Positions 17,544-28,034 of a stretch of DNA of 64,000 nt are shown here, piece after piece; positions within the stretch are counted from its first letter, which is position 1, and the number at the start of each line of letters is the position of its first letter. The DNA lies in contig DATISF010000064.1 in the NCBI GenBank assembly GCA_035468985.1, positions 225 through 64,224 on the forward strand, given 5' to 3'. The stretch comes from Thermoanaerobaculia bacterium (GTDB lineage: Bacteria > Acidobacteriota > Thermoanaerobaculia > Gp7-AA8). Below the pieces are notes generated by a model. It did not search any database. It saw only the letters and a program-made list of their open reading frames with translations, and was not told the origin of the DNA. The translations under genes were made by a program, and so were the position numbers.

Positions 17544-19007
17544 ATGGAGCGATGGAACCGAGTCGTGCTGATCGCCGGCGTGCTCGCCATCGCGTCGTAC
17601 GCGGTGTTTCTGCGGCGCAATCTGTCGTTCGCCGCGGGCGGTCCGGATTCCGGCGGCTACATGAACGAAGCGCGTCTCATCGCCGCCGGACGGATGACCC
17701 GGCCGGTCGAGCTGGTGCGCGTGTTCGGTCTCGACGATTCATGGCTCGGCTACTTCATGCCGCTGGGGTTCGCGCCTTCGAAGGGGGCAGCGATGCACGC
17801 CACGTATCCGCCGGGATTGCCGATGCACCTGGCGCTCGCGGCCCGCATCGGCGGATGGAAACACGCTCCGTTCTACATCGCGCCGCTGGCGGCAATCGGC
17901 TGCCTGATCCTGATGGTTGCCGTGGCGACGAGACTCGGTGTGCCGCCGCTGCTCTCCTTCGCCGGCGCGGCGATCCTCGGCGCGCTTCCACCGTTTCTCT
18001 GGCATGCCGTGCAGCCGGCGAGCGATGTCCTGGCGACGTTCTGGGCGCTGCTCGCGATCTGGTTTGCGCTCGGCTCGCGCGATCGGCCCTGGTTGGCGAT
18101 TGCGGCCGGCGTGGCGTTCGCGATCGGCGTGTGGGTACGTCCGACGAACGTGCTGCTCGGATTCCCGCTGCTCTTCGCCGTGCGCATCCGCTGGAAATCG
18201 CTCATCAACATCGCTATCGGAGGACTTCCGTTCGCGGTTGCGCTGATGTGGTGGGGTGCACGTCTCTACGGCAGTCCGTTCCGCACGGGCTACGGCGCCA
18301 TCGATTTCTCATGGGCCGGTGCGATGAGCGCCGCCCCGCAGCACGCCGAGTGGCTCCTGCGCTTCATGTCCGTGCTCATTTTTCCGGCCGGGCTTTTCGT
18401 CGTGTTCGATCGCTTCGTCGACGGGTGGACGCGCGCGATGCTGGCCGTCTGGTTCGTCGTTTTTCTCTTCTTCTACTCGCTCTACGGATTCTTCGACGGC
18501 TGGCTCTGCGTCCGCTTTCTGTTACCCGCCATTCCGGCGCTGATCATCGGGACGCTGCTGCTCGTCCGCGATCTGTATCGCCTGGGGACCCGCTGGAACA
18601 GGCCGGTCGCGGCCGCCATCGCCCTACTGCTCGTCGTGTGGATCGGCTACGCGCCGATCCACTGGACGGGAAAGCTCGGAATTCTGCCGCAGCTGAAGAC
18701 GATCGAGATCAGCTACCCGCGCTACATCGCCTGGGCCGAGGGACGTTTGCCGAGGCGCGCGGTCATCGTGACGGGCGTTCTCAGCGGCCCCTTCCTCTAC
18801 TACGCCGACCGTCCCATCGTCCGCTACGACCAGTTGAACGACGACCGCTTCCAGATCCTCCGTGCATACGCCGGAATCCACGATCTGCCGTGGTACGCGG
18901 TGATGAGCGATGAGGAAATCGATCTCCAGGGCCTGCGCCAACGCTTCCGCGGCGACTGGCAGCTGGTCGATCACTGGAACGACGTTACGATCTACCGGCT
19001 GGAATGA
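17544..19007 (+). CDS. GT-C fold membrane glycosyltransferase (GT39/GT83, PMT/ArnT-like), paralog of 24671 and 26431 genes
   Basis: About 11 TM; NE...HATYPPGLPM loop motif (DE...HPPL-type); C-terminal soluble domain. Confidence 0.6.
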   Translation: MERWNRVVLIAGVLAIASYAVFLRRNLSFAAGGPDSGGYMNEARLIAAGRMTRPVELVRVFGLDDSWLGYFMPLGFAPSKGAAMHATYPPGLPMHLALAARIGGWKHAPFYIAPLAAIGCLILMVAVATRLGVPPLLSFAGAAILGALPPFLWHAVQPASDVLATFWALLAIWFALGSRDRPWLAIAAGVAFAIGVWVRPTNVLLGFPLLFAVRIRWKSLINIAIGGLPFAVALMWWGARLYGSPFRTGYGAIDFSWAGAMSAAPQHAEWLLRFMSVLIFPAGLFVVFDRFVDGWTRAMLAVWFVVFLFFYSLYGFFDGWLCVRFLLPAIPALIIGTLLLVRDLYRLGTRWNRPVAAAIALLLVVWIGYAPIHWTGKLGILPQLKTIEISYPRYIAWAEGRLPRRAVIVTGVLSGPFLYYADRPIVRYDQLNDDRFQILRAYAGIHDLPWYAVMSDEEIDLQGLRQRFRGDWQLVDHWNDVTIYRLE

Positions 19008-19109
19008 GGGGTTCGGAGTTCGGGGCTCGGGGTTCGGAGGCCCGAAACACGCTTTCGAGCCGCCCGGAAGAAGGAGAAACCGAACCCCGAGCTCCGACCC
19101 CCGAACTCC
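19008..19109. repeat. Inverted pair of heptanucleotide arrays (GGGGTTC/GGAGTTC...CCGAACC/CCGAGCT) starting at the stop codon of the GT-C gene
   Basis: Direct reading. Confidence 0.8.
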
Positions 19110-19112
19110 TTG

Positions 19113-19391
19113 AGGAACCTCGTCATCCTGAGTTGGCGAAGCGCGACGAAGGATCTCAGGATGCGAAACCGCCTGCCATTTCGAGATCCTTCGCCGTCTT
19201 CGCGGCTCAGGATGACGTGAACAACCACTTGCGCAGCACTTCCCCAGGGAACCTCTGCGCAACTCGTCATCCTGAGTCGGCGAAGCGCGACGAAGGATCT
19301 CAGGATGCGAAGAGGCCTGCGATTTCGAGATCCTTCGCCGTCTTCGCGGCTCAGGATGACGGGAACGACCACTTGCTTAGAGGTTCCTTGA
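19113..19391. repeat. Two tandem REP/MITE-like element copies (E: 19113-19246, F: 19247-19391)
   Basis: Two successive CGTCATCCTGAG...CTCAGGATGAC units with outer GGGAACCTCTG arms. Confidence 0.85.
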
Positions 19392-19396
19392 GGGCC

Positions 19397-19741
19397 TCAC
19401 TCCACGATGATGGTCATCTTCATGCTGCCGTGTCCCGATCCGCAGTAGTCGTCGCAGATGGCGGAGAACTGTCCGGTCTCCGTCGGCGTGATCGTGACCT
19501 GGTCGGGCTGGCCGGGACCGGCGTCGAGGTCGATGCCGAGCGGCTTCACCAGCAGTCCATGCGAGTGGTCGGCTGCCGTCATGCGGATCGTGACCGGCTC
19601 ACCCTTCTTCAGAGTGATCTGGTTCGGAGTGAACGCGAATCGTTTCGCGGAGATCTCGATGACGCGCGGCGTCATTTCGGCGTGCAGCAGCAGGGTGGCC
19701 GCGGCGAGCACGATCGCCGCGATGATGGGCTTCTTCTTCAT
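19397..19741 (-). CDS. Secreted cupredoxin-like copper protein
   Basis: Signal peptide; H...CDDYCGSGHGSM copper-ligand-like motif; 114 aa. Confidence 0.6.
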   Translation of the reverse strand: MKKKPIIAAIVLAAATLLLHAEMTPRVIEISAKRFAFTPNQITLKKGEPVTIRMTAADHSHGLLVKPLGIDLDAGPGQPDQVTITPTETGQFSAICDDYCGSGHGSMKMTIIVE

Positions 19742-20706
19742 ATGTAACTTCCTTCCTTCAACAGCTGGGTGACGCCCTCGCTGGTTGTGAATTCGCGAAC
19801 GGTCAGTTCCACGTCCCTCACGCCGATGGGTGAGGGCGCACTGACTGTCCGGATACCGAGGTTCTGGAACGGTTTCGTGGAGTCGAACGGCAGAGGTTTC
19901 TTTTCCGCCGTGGAGGGATCGGGAAACGCGAAGATCAGCGATCGCGCGGCGTGATGCTGGGCGTTGCCGAGGGTGGCGTGATTCTCGCGGTGGATGTGGC
20001 CGTAGAGCACGGTCACGGCGTCGAACGCCGCGAGGACATTCATGACCTTGTCGCCGTCGCCCGTGAACCACTCCCAGTCCGGCTTGAGATCGAACAGGGG
20101 ACGATGCGTGAAGACGACGATCGGGGTCGTCTTGCTGTAGCGGGCGAGATCCTTCTTCAGCCAGTCGATCTGCTCGGCACCGACCACCGGTTTGCCGTGC
20201 GAGACGTTGTCGATGCCGACGAAGTGCACGCCCTTGTGATCGAACGAATAGTGCGTCTCGCCGAAGTTCTCGCGGAACAGCACGCCCTTGTCGAGCGCGG
20301 CGTCGTGCTCGCCGGGAACGTGATAGCGAGTCCCGACGCGCAGTTTCGACGCGATCTCGCGGAATTTCTTCATGCGCTGCGCGTGCTCGGCCGGGTCTTC
20401 ACTGTCGTGCGTGAGATCGCCGGTGAACAGCACGAGATCGGGTTGCGAATCGAGACCGTTGATCACCTCGACCGCGCGCTCGAAAGCGGCGGTGCCGAGG
20501 GGATCGGGAGGTCCTTTGAATCCGACGTGGGTGTCGCTGAGCTGGATGAGTGAGAAGGGACGGGGAGCCTCGCCGTTCATCCGATGGAAGTGGTCGAGGA
20601 TTCCCGCGCCGGCGCTGCGTGGCATGAACTGCAGAAGCGTCCCGGCGCCGAGCGAGAGCCCGGAGAATCGTAGGAATGATCGCCGATCGATGTTTTTCAT
20701 GCCCAT
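19738..20706 (-). CDS. Tat-secreted calcineurin-like metallophosphoesterase
   Basis: RRSFLRF twin-arginine motif; GDLTHD, GHIH motifs. Confidence 0.75.
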   Translation of the reverse strand: MGMKNIDRRSFLRFSGLSLGAGTLLQFMPRSAGAGILDHFHRMNGEAPRPFSLIQLSDTHVGFKGPPDPLGTAAFERAVEVINGLDSQPDLVLFTGDLTHDSEDPAEHAQRMKKFREIASKLRVGTRYHVPGEHDAALDKGVLFRENFGETHYSFDHKGVHFVGIDNVSHGKPVVGAEQIDWLKKDLARYSKTTPIVVFTHRPLFDLKPDWEWFTGDGDKVMNVLAAFDAVTVLYGHIHRENHATLGNAQHHAARSLIFAFPDPSTAEKKPLPFDSTKPFQNLGIRTVSAPSPIGVRDVELTVREFTTSEGVTQLLKEGSYI

Positions 20707-20757
20707 GTAACTTGGAACGGGGTTTTTTCATCCCGCCGCCCGTTACATCAGGTAGAA

Positions 20758-21246
20758 ATGTTCCGGATGTCCGACCTGTCGTTCGACGATCTGGCCATGC
20801 CGCTCCTGCCGGCGCTCCAGAACTACGCCCGCTGGCTGACGAAGAACGTGGCCGAGGCGGAGGACCTGGTGCAGGAGACGTACGTCAAGGGGCGGCGGGG
20901 ATTCGGCTCGTTCACGCCGGGAACGAACTTCCGTGCGTGGATGTACCGAATTCTGAGGAATACGTTTCTGACCTCGCGCAGCGGCTTGCGCGCGCAGGTG
21001 TCGGTCGAAGACGAAGAGATCCCGATCGAGAGTCCGGAGCGCCACCTGATCACCCGCATCGATCACGGCGTCGTGCGCCGCGCGATCGAGGAGCTGCCGG
21101 TGATTTTCCGGGAGGTCCTGCTCCTGTCCGACGTCGAGGAGATGTCCTATCGCGAGATTGCGGAGTCGCTGTCGATCCCGATCGGGACGGTGACATCGCG
21201 ATTGTTGAGGGCGCGAAGAAAGGTACGCGAGGCATTGCAGCGATGA
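20758..21246 (+). CDS. ECF (sigma-70 family, group 4) RNA polymerase sigma factor
   Basis: Region 2/4 pattern, 162 aa, start overlaps anti-sigma gene by 4 nt. Confidence 0.8.
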   Translation: MFRMSDLSFDDLAMPLLPALQNYARWLTKNVAEAEDLVQETYVKGRRGFGSFTPGTNFRAWMYRILRNTFLTSRSGLRAQVSVEDEEIPIESPERHLITRIDHGVVRRAIEELPVIFREVLLLSDVEEMSYREIAESLSIPIGTVTSRLLRARRKVREALQR

Positions 21247-21905
21247 GCGAACACCTGACGGAAGAGATGATCATGCGCATTGCCGATGGCGAGGAGGGCG
21301 GCGACGCGCACGTGGCCGAGTGCGCGCGATGCGCTAACGCGCTCGTCGAGGCGATGCAGTTGAAAGGCGCGGTACGCCATGTGATGAGTGGAGCGGCGGG
21401 CGTCTGGCCCGCCGGACGGCGGCCGGGAACGGTCGCCGCGACACGCGTCCTCGCCATCGCCGCATCCCTGGCCACCCTCGTTCTCCTCGGCGGAATGGTG
21501 ATCGGCTCCCGCCGGTCCGCCGCGCGCGAGCTTGTCGACCTGCACACCACGATCGTCGGCAGCGCCAATCCGATCGAGGTCGTCTCGACCGACCGTCACA
21601 CGGTCAAGCCGTGGTTCGAAGGGAAAGTTCCATTCGCCGTGAACGTGCCGGAGCTTGCGGGAACGCCGTTCCGCCTGGTGGGAGGACGTGTGGCCTTCTG
21701 GCGCGGCCGTCCGGTCGCGTACCTGCTGCTGACGAAAGGAGCCCACCGCGTGTCGCTCTTTGTCATGAATGCCGAAGGCGCGCCGCCGATGGGATCGATC
21801 GATTCCATGACGCTCGAGTCCTGGAGCGCCGGCGGCCTGCGCTACGTCAGCGTGTCCGATCTGCCGCGCAGCGATGTCGACGCGCTGAAGCGCGCGTTCC
21901 AGTGA
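21243..21905 (+). CDS. Zinc-binding anti-sigma factor (ZAS/ChrR-RseA-like) with TM segment
   Basis: HVAECARCANAL (HxxxCxxC) motif, single TM, periplasmic C-terminal domain. Confidence 0.65.
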   Translation: MSEHLTEEMIMRIADGEEGGDAHVAECARCANALVEAMQLKGAVRHVMSGAAGVWPAGRRPGTVAATRVLAIAASLATLVLLGGMVIGSRRSAARELVDLHTTIVGSANPIEVVSTDRHTVKPWFEGKVPFAVNVPELAGTPFRLVGGRVAFWRGRPVAYLLLTKGAHRVSLFVMNAEGAPPMGSIDSMTLESWSAGGLRYVSVSDLPRSDVDALKRAFQ

Positions 21906-21984
21906 TGTCATTCCGAGCCGCGGAGACGGCGAAGAATCTCGCCGGGCGAGGATCGAGATCCTTCGCTCCGCTCAAAATGACGGA
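21905..21984. repeat. Degenerate REP-like element copy G
   Basis: GTCATTCCGAGCCGCGGAGACGGCGAAGAATCTC...GAGATCCTTCGCTCCGCTCAAAATGAC. Confidence 0.7.
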
Positions 21985-21986
21985 AG

Positions 21987-23195
<1,209 letters not shown>

Positions 23196-23239
23196 GTAGT
23201 CGACGCCGGGGAAGCTAGGCACGGGTGAGCTCCTTCGAA

Positions 23240-23267
23240 TGGAGCCCCGGCTGAAGCCGGTGCTCGA
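23240..23267. repeat. Hairpin element family 2 (TGGAGCCCCGGCTGAAGCCGGTGCTCGA)
   Basis: Direct reading; copies also at 37331-37360, 44954-44979, 46405-46459, partial 42573-42593. Confidence 0.75.
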
Positions 23268-23288
23268 TCGCCGGATCATACAAGAACG

Positions 23289-23987
23289 TTACCTGCCGAC
23301 AATGCGCGGGACGTCTTTGCCGCAGGTGGGGCAGATCGAGCCGGAGAGCCAGAGCGCGGCGGCGAGGATCACGACGACCAGCACCATGATTGCGGCGCGT
23401 CCTCCGCGCGGAATCGGCCACTCCAGCACGACGGTCTTGCCCACGAGGTCGCCGACGCGCTGCTTCCGTTTCGTGAACGTCGCGAACAGGAATCCGACCA
23501 GGTAGAGCCCGATGGCGTCGACGATGCGGAGCGCGTTGCGGATGGCTGTGCCGGCGACCCGTCCGCGACCCTCTTCGATGCCGATGTGCAGCCCCATCGC
23601 CGCTTTGCCGAGCGTCGTCATGAACGCGGCTTCGCTGATGAAGTGATAGAGGAACACGGCGAGGACGAATCCGCCGCCGATCGCCAGCGCTCCCCAGAGG
23701 ATCGAGGCGAATGTGAAGCCGGTCCAGTGGTCAGCGGCCCACGCCGCGACGACCAAAAGGATCGAGAAGATCACCAGCCTGTCGAAGAACAGCGCGATCA
23801 TGCGATCGCCGACCGAAGCGATCGAAAGCTGCTGCGCTTCAGCACGTGCCGGACGGGCCCTTCCGGAAGCGGGGGCGCCGGCGGCGGCCGGCGCGGCAAC
23901 CGCGTCGAGCCGCGGCATCGGCTTCTCGCAGACGAAGCACTTCGTCTCTCCCCGGTCGTTGCTGACGCCGCAGTACGGACAGAACAT
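23289..23987 (-). CDS. RDD-family membrane protein with N-terminal zinc ribbon
   Basis: CPYCG...CFVCE ribbon; RDD-like TM region. Confidence 0.6.
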   Translation of the reverse strand: MFCPYCGVSNDRGETKCFVCEKPMPRLDAVAAPAAAGAPASGRARPARAEAQQLSIASVGDRMIALFFDRLVIFSILLVVAAWAADHWTGFTFASILWGALAIGGGFVLAVFLYHFISEAAFMTTLGKAAMGLHIGIEEGRGRVAGTAIRNALRIVDAIGLYLVGFLFATFTKRKQRVGDLVGKTVVLEWPIPRGGRAAIMVLVVVILAAALWLSGSICPTCGKDVPRIVGR

Positions 23988-24002
23988 GGACGGTCGGAGA
24001 TT

Positions 24003-24644
24003 CTAAGGCTTTCGGGCCGTATACACGATGTGGGCATGCGGGTAACCGAAGTCGACCCGCTTCCACTGGATCGTGATGAACCCGGCCCTGTCGAGCATTT
24101 CCGCCATCTGCGCGCGCGTGGGGTTCTCGCCGTAATCTCCCAGGGTCATGCCGAGGAGGTCGGCGATGCGCTCCTGGAGACGGTTCCATTTCGCCTTCAG
24201 TGGAGCGCCGGGATCGAGCTCCTTCAGGATGAGCGTTCCGCCCCGGCGCAGCAGCGAGCCGGCACGCTGAAGCAACGCATCGCGTGCAGCGGCGTCGAGG
24301 CGGTAGAGAACGTCGTAAATCGTGATGGCATCGAACGAGCCACGGATGCAATCCGCATAACCGGCCACGAATCGGACGCGCGGATGATGATAGGCGAGGA
24401 GGGTCTTGCGCAGATCGGGCTCCACCGCCACCACCTCGCGCCCCCGTTCCTCGGCGACCAAGCGGGCGAGCAGACCGTGTCCCGCTCCGATGTCGAGCAC
24501 GCGCGCGCCCGCCGGCACGAGATCGAGCGTGCGCAGGAACGGCGCGCTCAGAAAGCGGCCGAGGATGTGGGCGCGCTGGGCGGGCGGATGGTGGCGGAAC
24601 GTGCGGTGGAGCAGCGCCAGCGCTCGCGTAATGCCGATCGGCAT
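24003..24644 (-). CDS. Class I SAM-dependent methyltransferase
   Basis: VLDIGAGHGLLA motif I. Confidence 0.7.
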   Translation of the reverse strand: MPIGITRALALLHRTFRHHPPAQRAHILGRFLSAPFLRTLDLVPAGARVLDIGAGHGLLARLVAEERGREVVAVEPDLRKTLLAYHHPRVRFVAGYADCIRGSFDAITIYDVLYRLDAAARDALLQRAGSLLRRGGTLILKELDPGAPLKAKWNRLQERIADLLGMTLGDYGENPTRAQMAEMLDRAGFITIQWKRVDFGYPHAHIVYTARKP

Positions 24645-24670
24645 GGGGCGCGGATTATAGTTTTCGCAGA

Positions 24671-26434
24671 TTGCGGTCCAGAGAACTGCTCATCGGCGCC
24701 GGTGTCCTGGCCATCGTGTCGTGGTTTGCGATGCCGGCGACGCCATGGGAGTTCGACGAGATCCTCTACATGCAGGGCGTGCAGCACTACGACCCTGTCG
24801 CGCACCATCCGCCTCCGCCCGGTTATCCGCTGTTCATGCTGGGAGGGAAGATCGCTCGGATCTTCGCGGGGAATCCCTTCCATGCGCTCGTGGCGCTGAA
24901 CTTCCTCGCCACGATCGCCGGGTTCGCGCTGCTGGCGCTGGCGTTCAGCAGGCTCGCCGACGATGTGCCTTCCGGTGTCGCCGGAGCGCTGCTTTTCTAT
25001 TTCTCCCCGGCGATGCTGGTGCATTCGACGCTGGCGTTGTCGGATCCGGGTGCGCTGGCGCTGCTCGCGGCGACGCTGTACGTCGCTTCGGCGGCCGGGA
25101 CGGCCGCCGCTCCACTGGGCGCGTTTGCGGCGCTGGCGATCGGCTGGCGCCCCCAGCTCGCGATCTTCGTCGTTCCGCTGCTGTTCGCGCGCGTCGTGAC
25201 GATGCGCGAGTGGCGCAAGCGCGGAATGGCCGTTGGCGTCTTCACGATCGTCTGCCTGGCGTGGCTCGTTCCGCTGGCGGTGTCGGTCGGCGGTGTCGAC
25301 CAGCTCGTGCGGTTCGAGGCGTCGCAAGCCGGATATCTCGCCGAACACGACGCGGACGTCTCGCGCAGCGGCTGGACGGCGCCGATGATCGCGCTGCGAT
25401 TCATCGCCCATCCGTGGGGAACGAAGGTGATGTCGATTCCGGTGCTGCTGCTCGCCGTGGCCGGAGCCGCTCGTCTCATCCGGCGCCGCGACAGGCGATT
25501 TCTGCCTCTGGCGATCGCGTCGCTGCTTTATCTCGCATTCGCGCTGCGGTTCATGGACCCGGCCGATGGTGTGCGCTACGCGCTGCCGTTCGTGCTGGGA
25601 ACGGCGTTCTTTGCCGGTGTCGGTTTGACGCGGCAACGGGGGGCCGACTCTCAGTCGGCCCCGGCACTGGGCCGGCTGGAGAGCGTGCCATACCTTTTCG
25701 CGATCGCCTCCATCATCTACGTCAGCTCGCTGATCTCGCAGCGCGCGGGATCCGAGTCTCCGCCGTTCCGCGCGGCGCGGTTCGCGAACTGGCTCTATCC
25801 GCGGAACGCGGTCGTGCTGTACGAGCTGCCGCTCTGGCCTCACGCGCAGGTGTTCTTCGCCAATCGAGAGCGGATGCGGGTGAGCGACGGCCTGGCGCAG
25901 TACTTCGATCGTCCTGATATTCCGATGTTCCTTTACGCCGACGGGATGTCCCATGCGCCTGGCGCGCGGACGTTCCGCTGGCAGCCGAGCGACGCCTACT
26001 CGAAGCTCACCCGCAATCACTACCGCGTCGTCTCGATCATCGCCATGCCTCCGCAGCGGCGATTCCGTGTCATCCGCGGCGTCTATGTTCCGGAGCGCGA
26101 AGCCGACGGCGACGAGTGGCGCTGGCTCGACTCGCCCGCGGAGCTGCAGCTGCCGCACGGGCCGGCGAGGTCGCTCACCGCGCGGGTGGGACTGCCGGTG
26201 ATCTACCCGCTGGAGGTCAACACATTGACCATCTTCGTGAATGGGACCTCGGCTGGCACGGTCGATCTCCGGCGCGGGAAGCGAGTCGATGTCACGGTCG
26301 CCATTCCTGAAGGGGCGCCGCTCGTCCGGTTCGAAGCGGCGCGAGCGTTCGTTCCGGCGCAGGTGCCGGGCAGCCTCAATCGCGATCCGCGGCGGCTGGC
26401 GGTGAAACTGTACGACCTCTGGAGCGATCGATGA
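24671..26434 (+). CDS. GT-C fold membrane glycosyltransferase (PMT/ArnT-like), tandem paralog 1
   Basis: FDEILYMQGVQHYDPVAHHPPPPGYPL (DE...HPPL-type first-loop motif); multi-TM; C-terminal soluble domain. Confidence 0.7.
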   Translation: MRSRELLIGAGVLAIVSWFAMPATPWEFDEILYMQGVQHYDPVAHHPPPPGYPLFMLGGKIARIFAGNPFHALVALNFLATIAGFALLALAFSRLADDVPSGVAGALLFYFSPAMLVHSTLALSDPGALALLAATLYVASAAGTAAAPLGAFAALAIGWRPQLAIFVVPLLFARVVTMREWRKRGMAVGVFTIVCLAWLVPLAVSVGGVDQLVRFEASQAGYLAEHDADVSRSGWTAPMIALRFIAHPWGTKVMSIPVLLLAVAGAARLIRRRDRRFLPLAIASLLYLAFALRFMDPADGVRYALPFVLGTAFFAGVGLTRQRGADSQSAPALGRLESVPYLFAIASIIYVSSLISQRAGSESPPFRAARFANWLYPRNAVVLYELPLWPHAQVFFANRERMRVSDGLAQYFDRPDIPMFLYADGMSHAPGARTFRWQPSDAYSKLTRNHYRVVSIIAMPPQRRFRVIRGVYVPEREADGDEWRWLDSPAELQLPHGPARSLTARVGLPVIYPLEVNTLTIFVNGTSAGTVDLRRGKRVDVTVAIPEGAPLVRFEAARAFVPAQVPGSLNRDPRRLAVKLYDLWSDR

Positions 26435-27984
26435 AGCGGATGCCCATCGCGATCGCCGCGCTGGCCGTCGTGGTCATGACGCTCTTTACGCGGCCGCGGA
26501 CGTTCTGGCAGGGGGAGGAAGTCCGGTTCGCCCAGGCGCTGCTGACGTTCGATCCTGTGCACCGTCAGCCGGAGCCGCCGGGATATCCGCTGTACGTGGC
26601 CATCGGCCGGTTGCTGAACTTCTTTGTCCACGAGCCGTTCACGACGCTGCTTGTCCTCAGCGTGATCGCATGCGGCGCCGGCGCCGTTCTCACCGGTCTC
26701 GCCGCCGCGGAACTTCTCGGCAGCGACTCTCTCGGCGCAGCGGCGGTGATCGTCCTCTATTTTTCGCCGGCGATGCTCGTGTTCGCGCCGCTTCCGAATG
26801 CGGAGGCGGCCGGCGTCGCGCTGATCGCCGCGGCATTGTTGTGGTCGGGCGTTTTTGCGGGAGCGGCGATTGGTGTGTTGCCGCAAGTTGCGCCGGCGAT
26901 GCTCGTGTTCTTCAGGCGGCGGCCGAGGACGGCCGCCGCGACACTCGCGCTGATTTTCATCCCGTTTTTCGAGTGGATTCCGCCGTCGTACGTCACGAAG
27001 AGCCTCGCCTTGCCGCACGGATTCGCGGTCAAGGAGCTTCTCCTGCGGTTCGTCGCCCATCCGTGGGGTGCGAAGTGGCTTTCGGTTCCGCTGCTGATCG
27101 TGGCGGCAATCGGATGCGTGATGACGATTCGCCGCGTGTGGCCCCTGCTCGTTTTCGCGGCCATTCACCTGATCGTCTGTTTCGGTTTCGGCGATCCGCT
27201 GGCCGGCGTCGAGCCGGTCATTCCCGCGATGATCGCGGTTGCGATCTTGTTCGCGGCCGCGTTCTCGCGCTGGCCGCGCGTCGCGATCGTCGCCGCAATC
27301 GCGTACGCCGCCGGTAGCGTCGTCTATGCGTGGCCGGTGCTCGAACTGCGCCGAGCGAGCCCTTCGCCGCCCGCGCGTGCCATGCGCGATGCGCGACAGT
27401 CCCTTCCTCCGCGCGCGGTTCTCATCTGCGATGACGCGATGGAGCCGTGGGGCCGCCTCTCACGTTTCAATATCGCATCCTCCGCCGATTTCGACCGGTA
27501 CGCCGACGTGCTCGACGTTCCGCTCTATCTGGCGGCCGACGGCAACTCGCACGCCCCCGGCGCGCACGTCTTCTCCTGGCCCGCGAGCGACGCGTACGGA
27601 AAGATGGCCACCGAGCGGTACCGCGTCGTGTCGATCGTTCCGCTTCCACCGGCCATGAGATATCGGTCGATGGGCGGCGTGTACGCCTTCGAGCGCACCG
27701 CGGATGGAGGCGAGGGGCGGTGGCTGGCCGGCGAGGCGACGATCGCTCTTCCGCGCATCGGCGCCCGCGTCATCCACCTGCGCCTCGGCCTCCCGGTTGA
27801 CGCGCCGTTCGATCAGAACGTCATCACTGTCGGCGGGACAACGGTCACCGTGCCGCGAGGGCGCTCGGTCGATGTCTCGTTCGCGTCGGCCTCGCCGCTG
27901 CGCATCCACGCTGCACAAACGTTCACGTCGCGCCGGGATGGTCGAACGCTATCCGTGCAACTGCTCTTGCTGGAGCAGCGGTAA
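26431..27984 (+). CDS. GT-C fold membrane glycosyltransferase (PMT/ArnT-like), tandem paralog 2
   Basis: GEEVRFAQALLTFDPVHRQPEPPGYPL; overlaps upstream stop by 4 nt. Confidence 0.7.
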   Translation: MKRMPIAIAALAVVVMTLFTRPRTFWQGEEVRFAQALLTFDPVHRQPEPPGYPLYVAIGRLLNFFVHEPFTTLLVLSVIACGAGAVLTGLAAAELLGSDSLGAAAVIVLYFSPAMLVFAPLPNAEAAGVALIAAALLWSGVFAGAAIGVLPQVAPAMLVFFRRRPRTAAATLALIFIPFFEWIPPSYVTKSLALPHGFAVKELLLRFVAHPWGAKWLSVPLLIVAAIGCVMTIRRVWPLLVFAAIHLIVCFGFGDPLAGVEPVIPAMIAVAILFAAAFSRWPRVAIVAAIAYAAGSVVYAWPVLELRRASPSPPARAMRDARQSLPPRAVLICDDAMEPWGRLSRFNIASSADFDRYADVLDVPLYLAADGNSHAPGAHVFSWPASDAYGKMATERYRVVSIVPLPPAMRYRSMGGVYAFERTADGGEGRWLAGEATIALPRIGARVIHLRLGLPVDAPFDQNVITVGGTTVTVPRGRSVDVSFASASPLRIHAAQTFTSRRDGRTLSVQLLLLEQR

Positions 27985-27999
27985 CGTACTATTTGCGGA

Positions 28000-28034
28000 G
28001 CTCGGAGCTCGCGAACCCCGAGCCCCGAATCCCG
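28000..28034. repeat. Heptanucleotide array (CGGAGCT/CCCGAGC/CCCGAAT) ending at the GT2 start codon
   Basis: Direct reading. Confidence 0.7.

Noticed and set aside
19008-19391. Possible small protein-coding genes in the repeat block (ORFs 18992-19372, 19004-19747)
   Set aside because: ORFs are translations of heptamer arrays and REP palindromes in several frames, with no RBS or conserved protein features.
20714-20757. ECF-type autoregulatory promoter upstream of sigma factor gene
   Set aside because: GGAAC is present but spacing to any CGT(C/T)-like -10 is about 22 nt, outside the 16-17 nt norm. Not confident enough to call.
24548-26158. 536-aa minus-strand ORF antisense to GT-C gene
   Set aside because: Extremely Arg-rich (R about 20%), no TM or motif. 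The plus strand encodes a multi-TM protein with a conserved loop motif.
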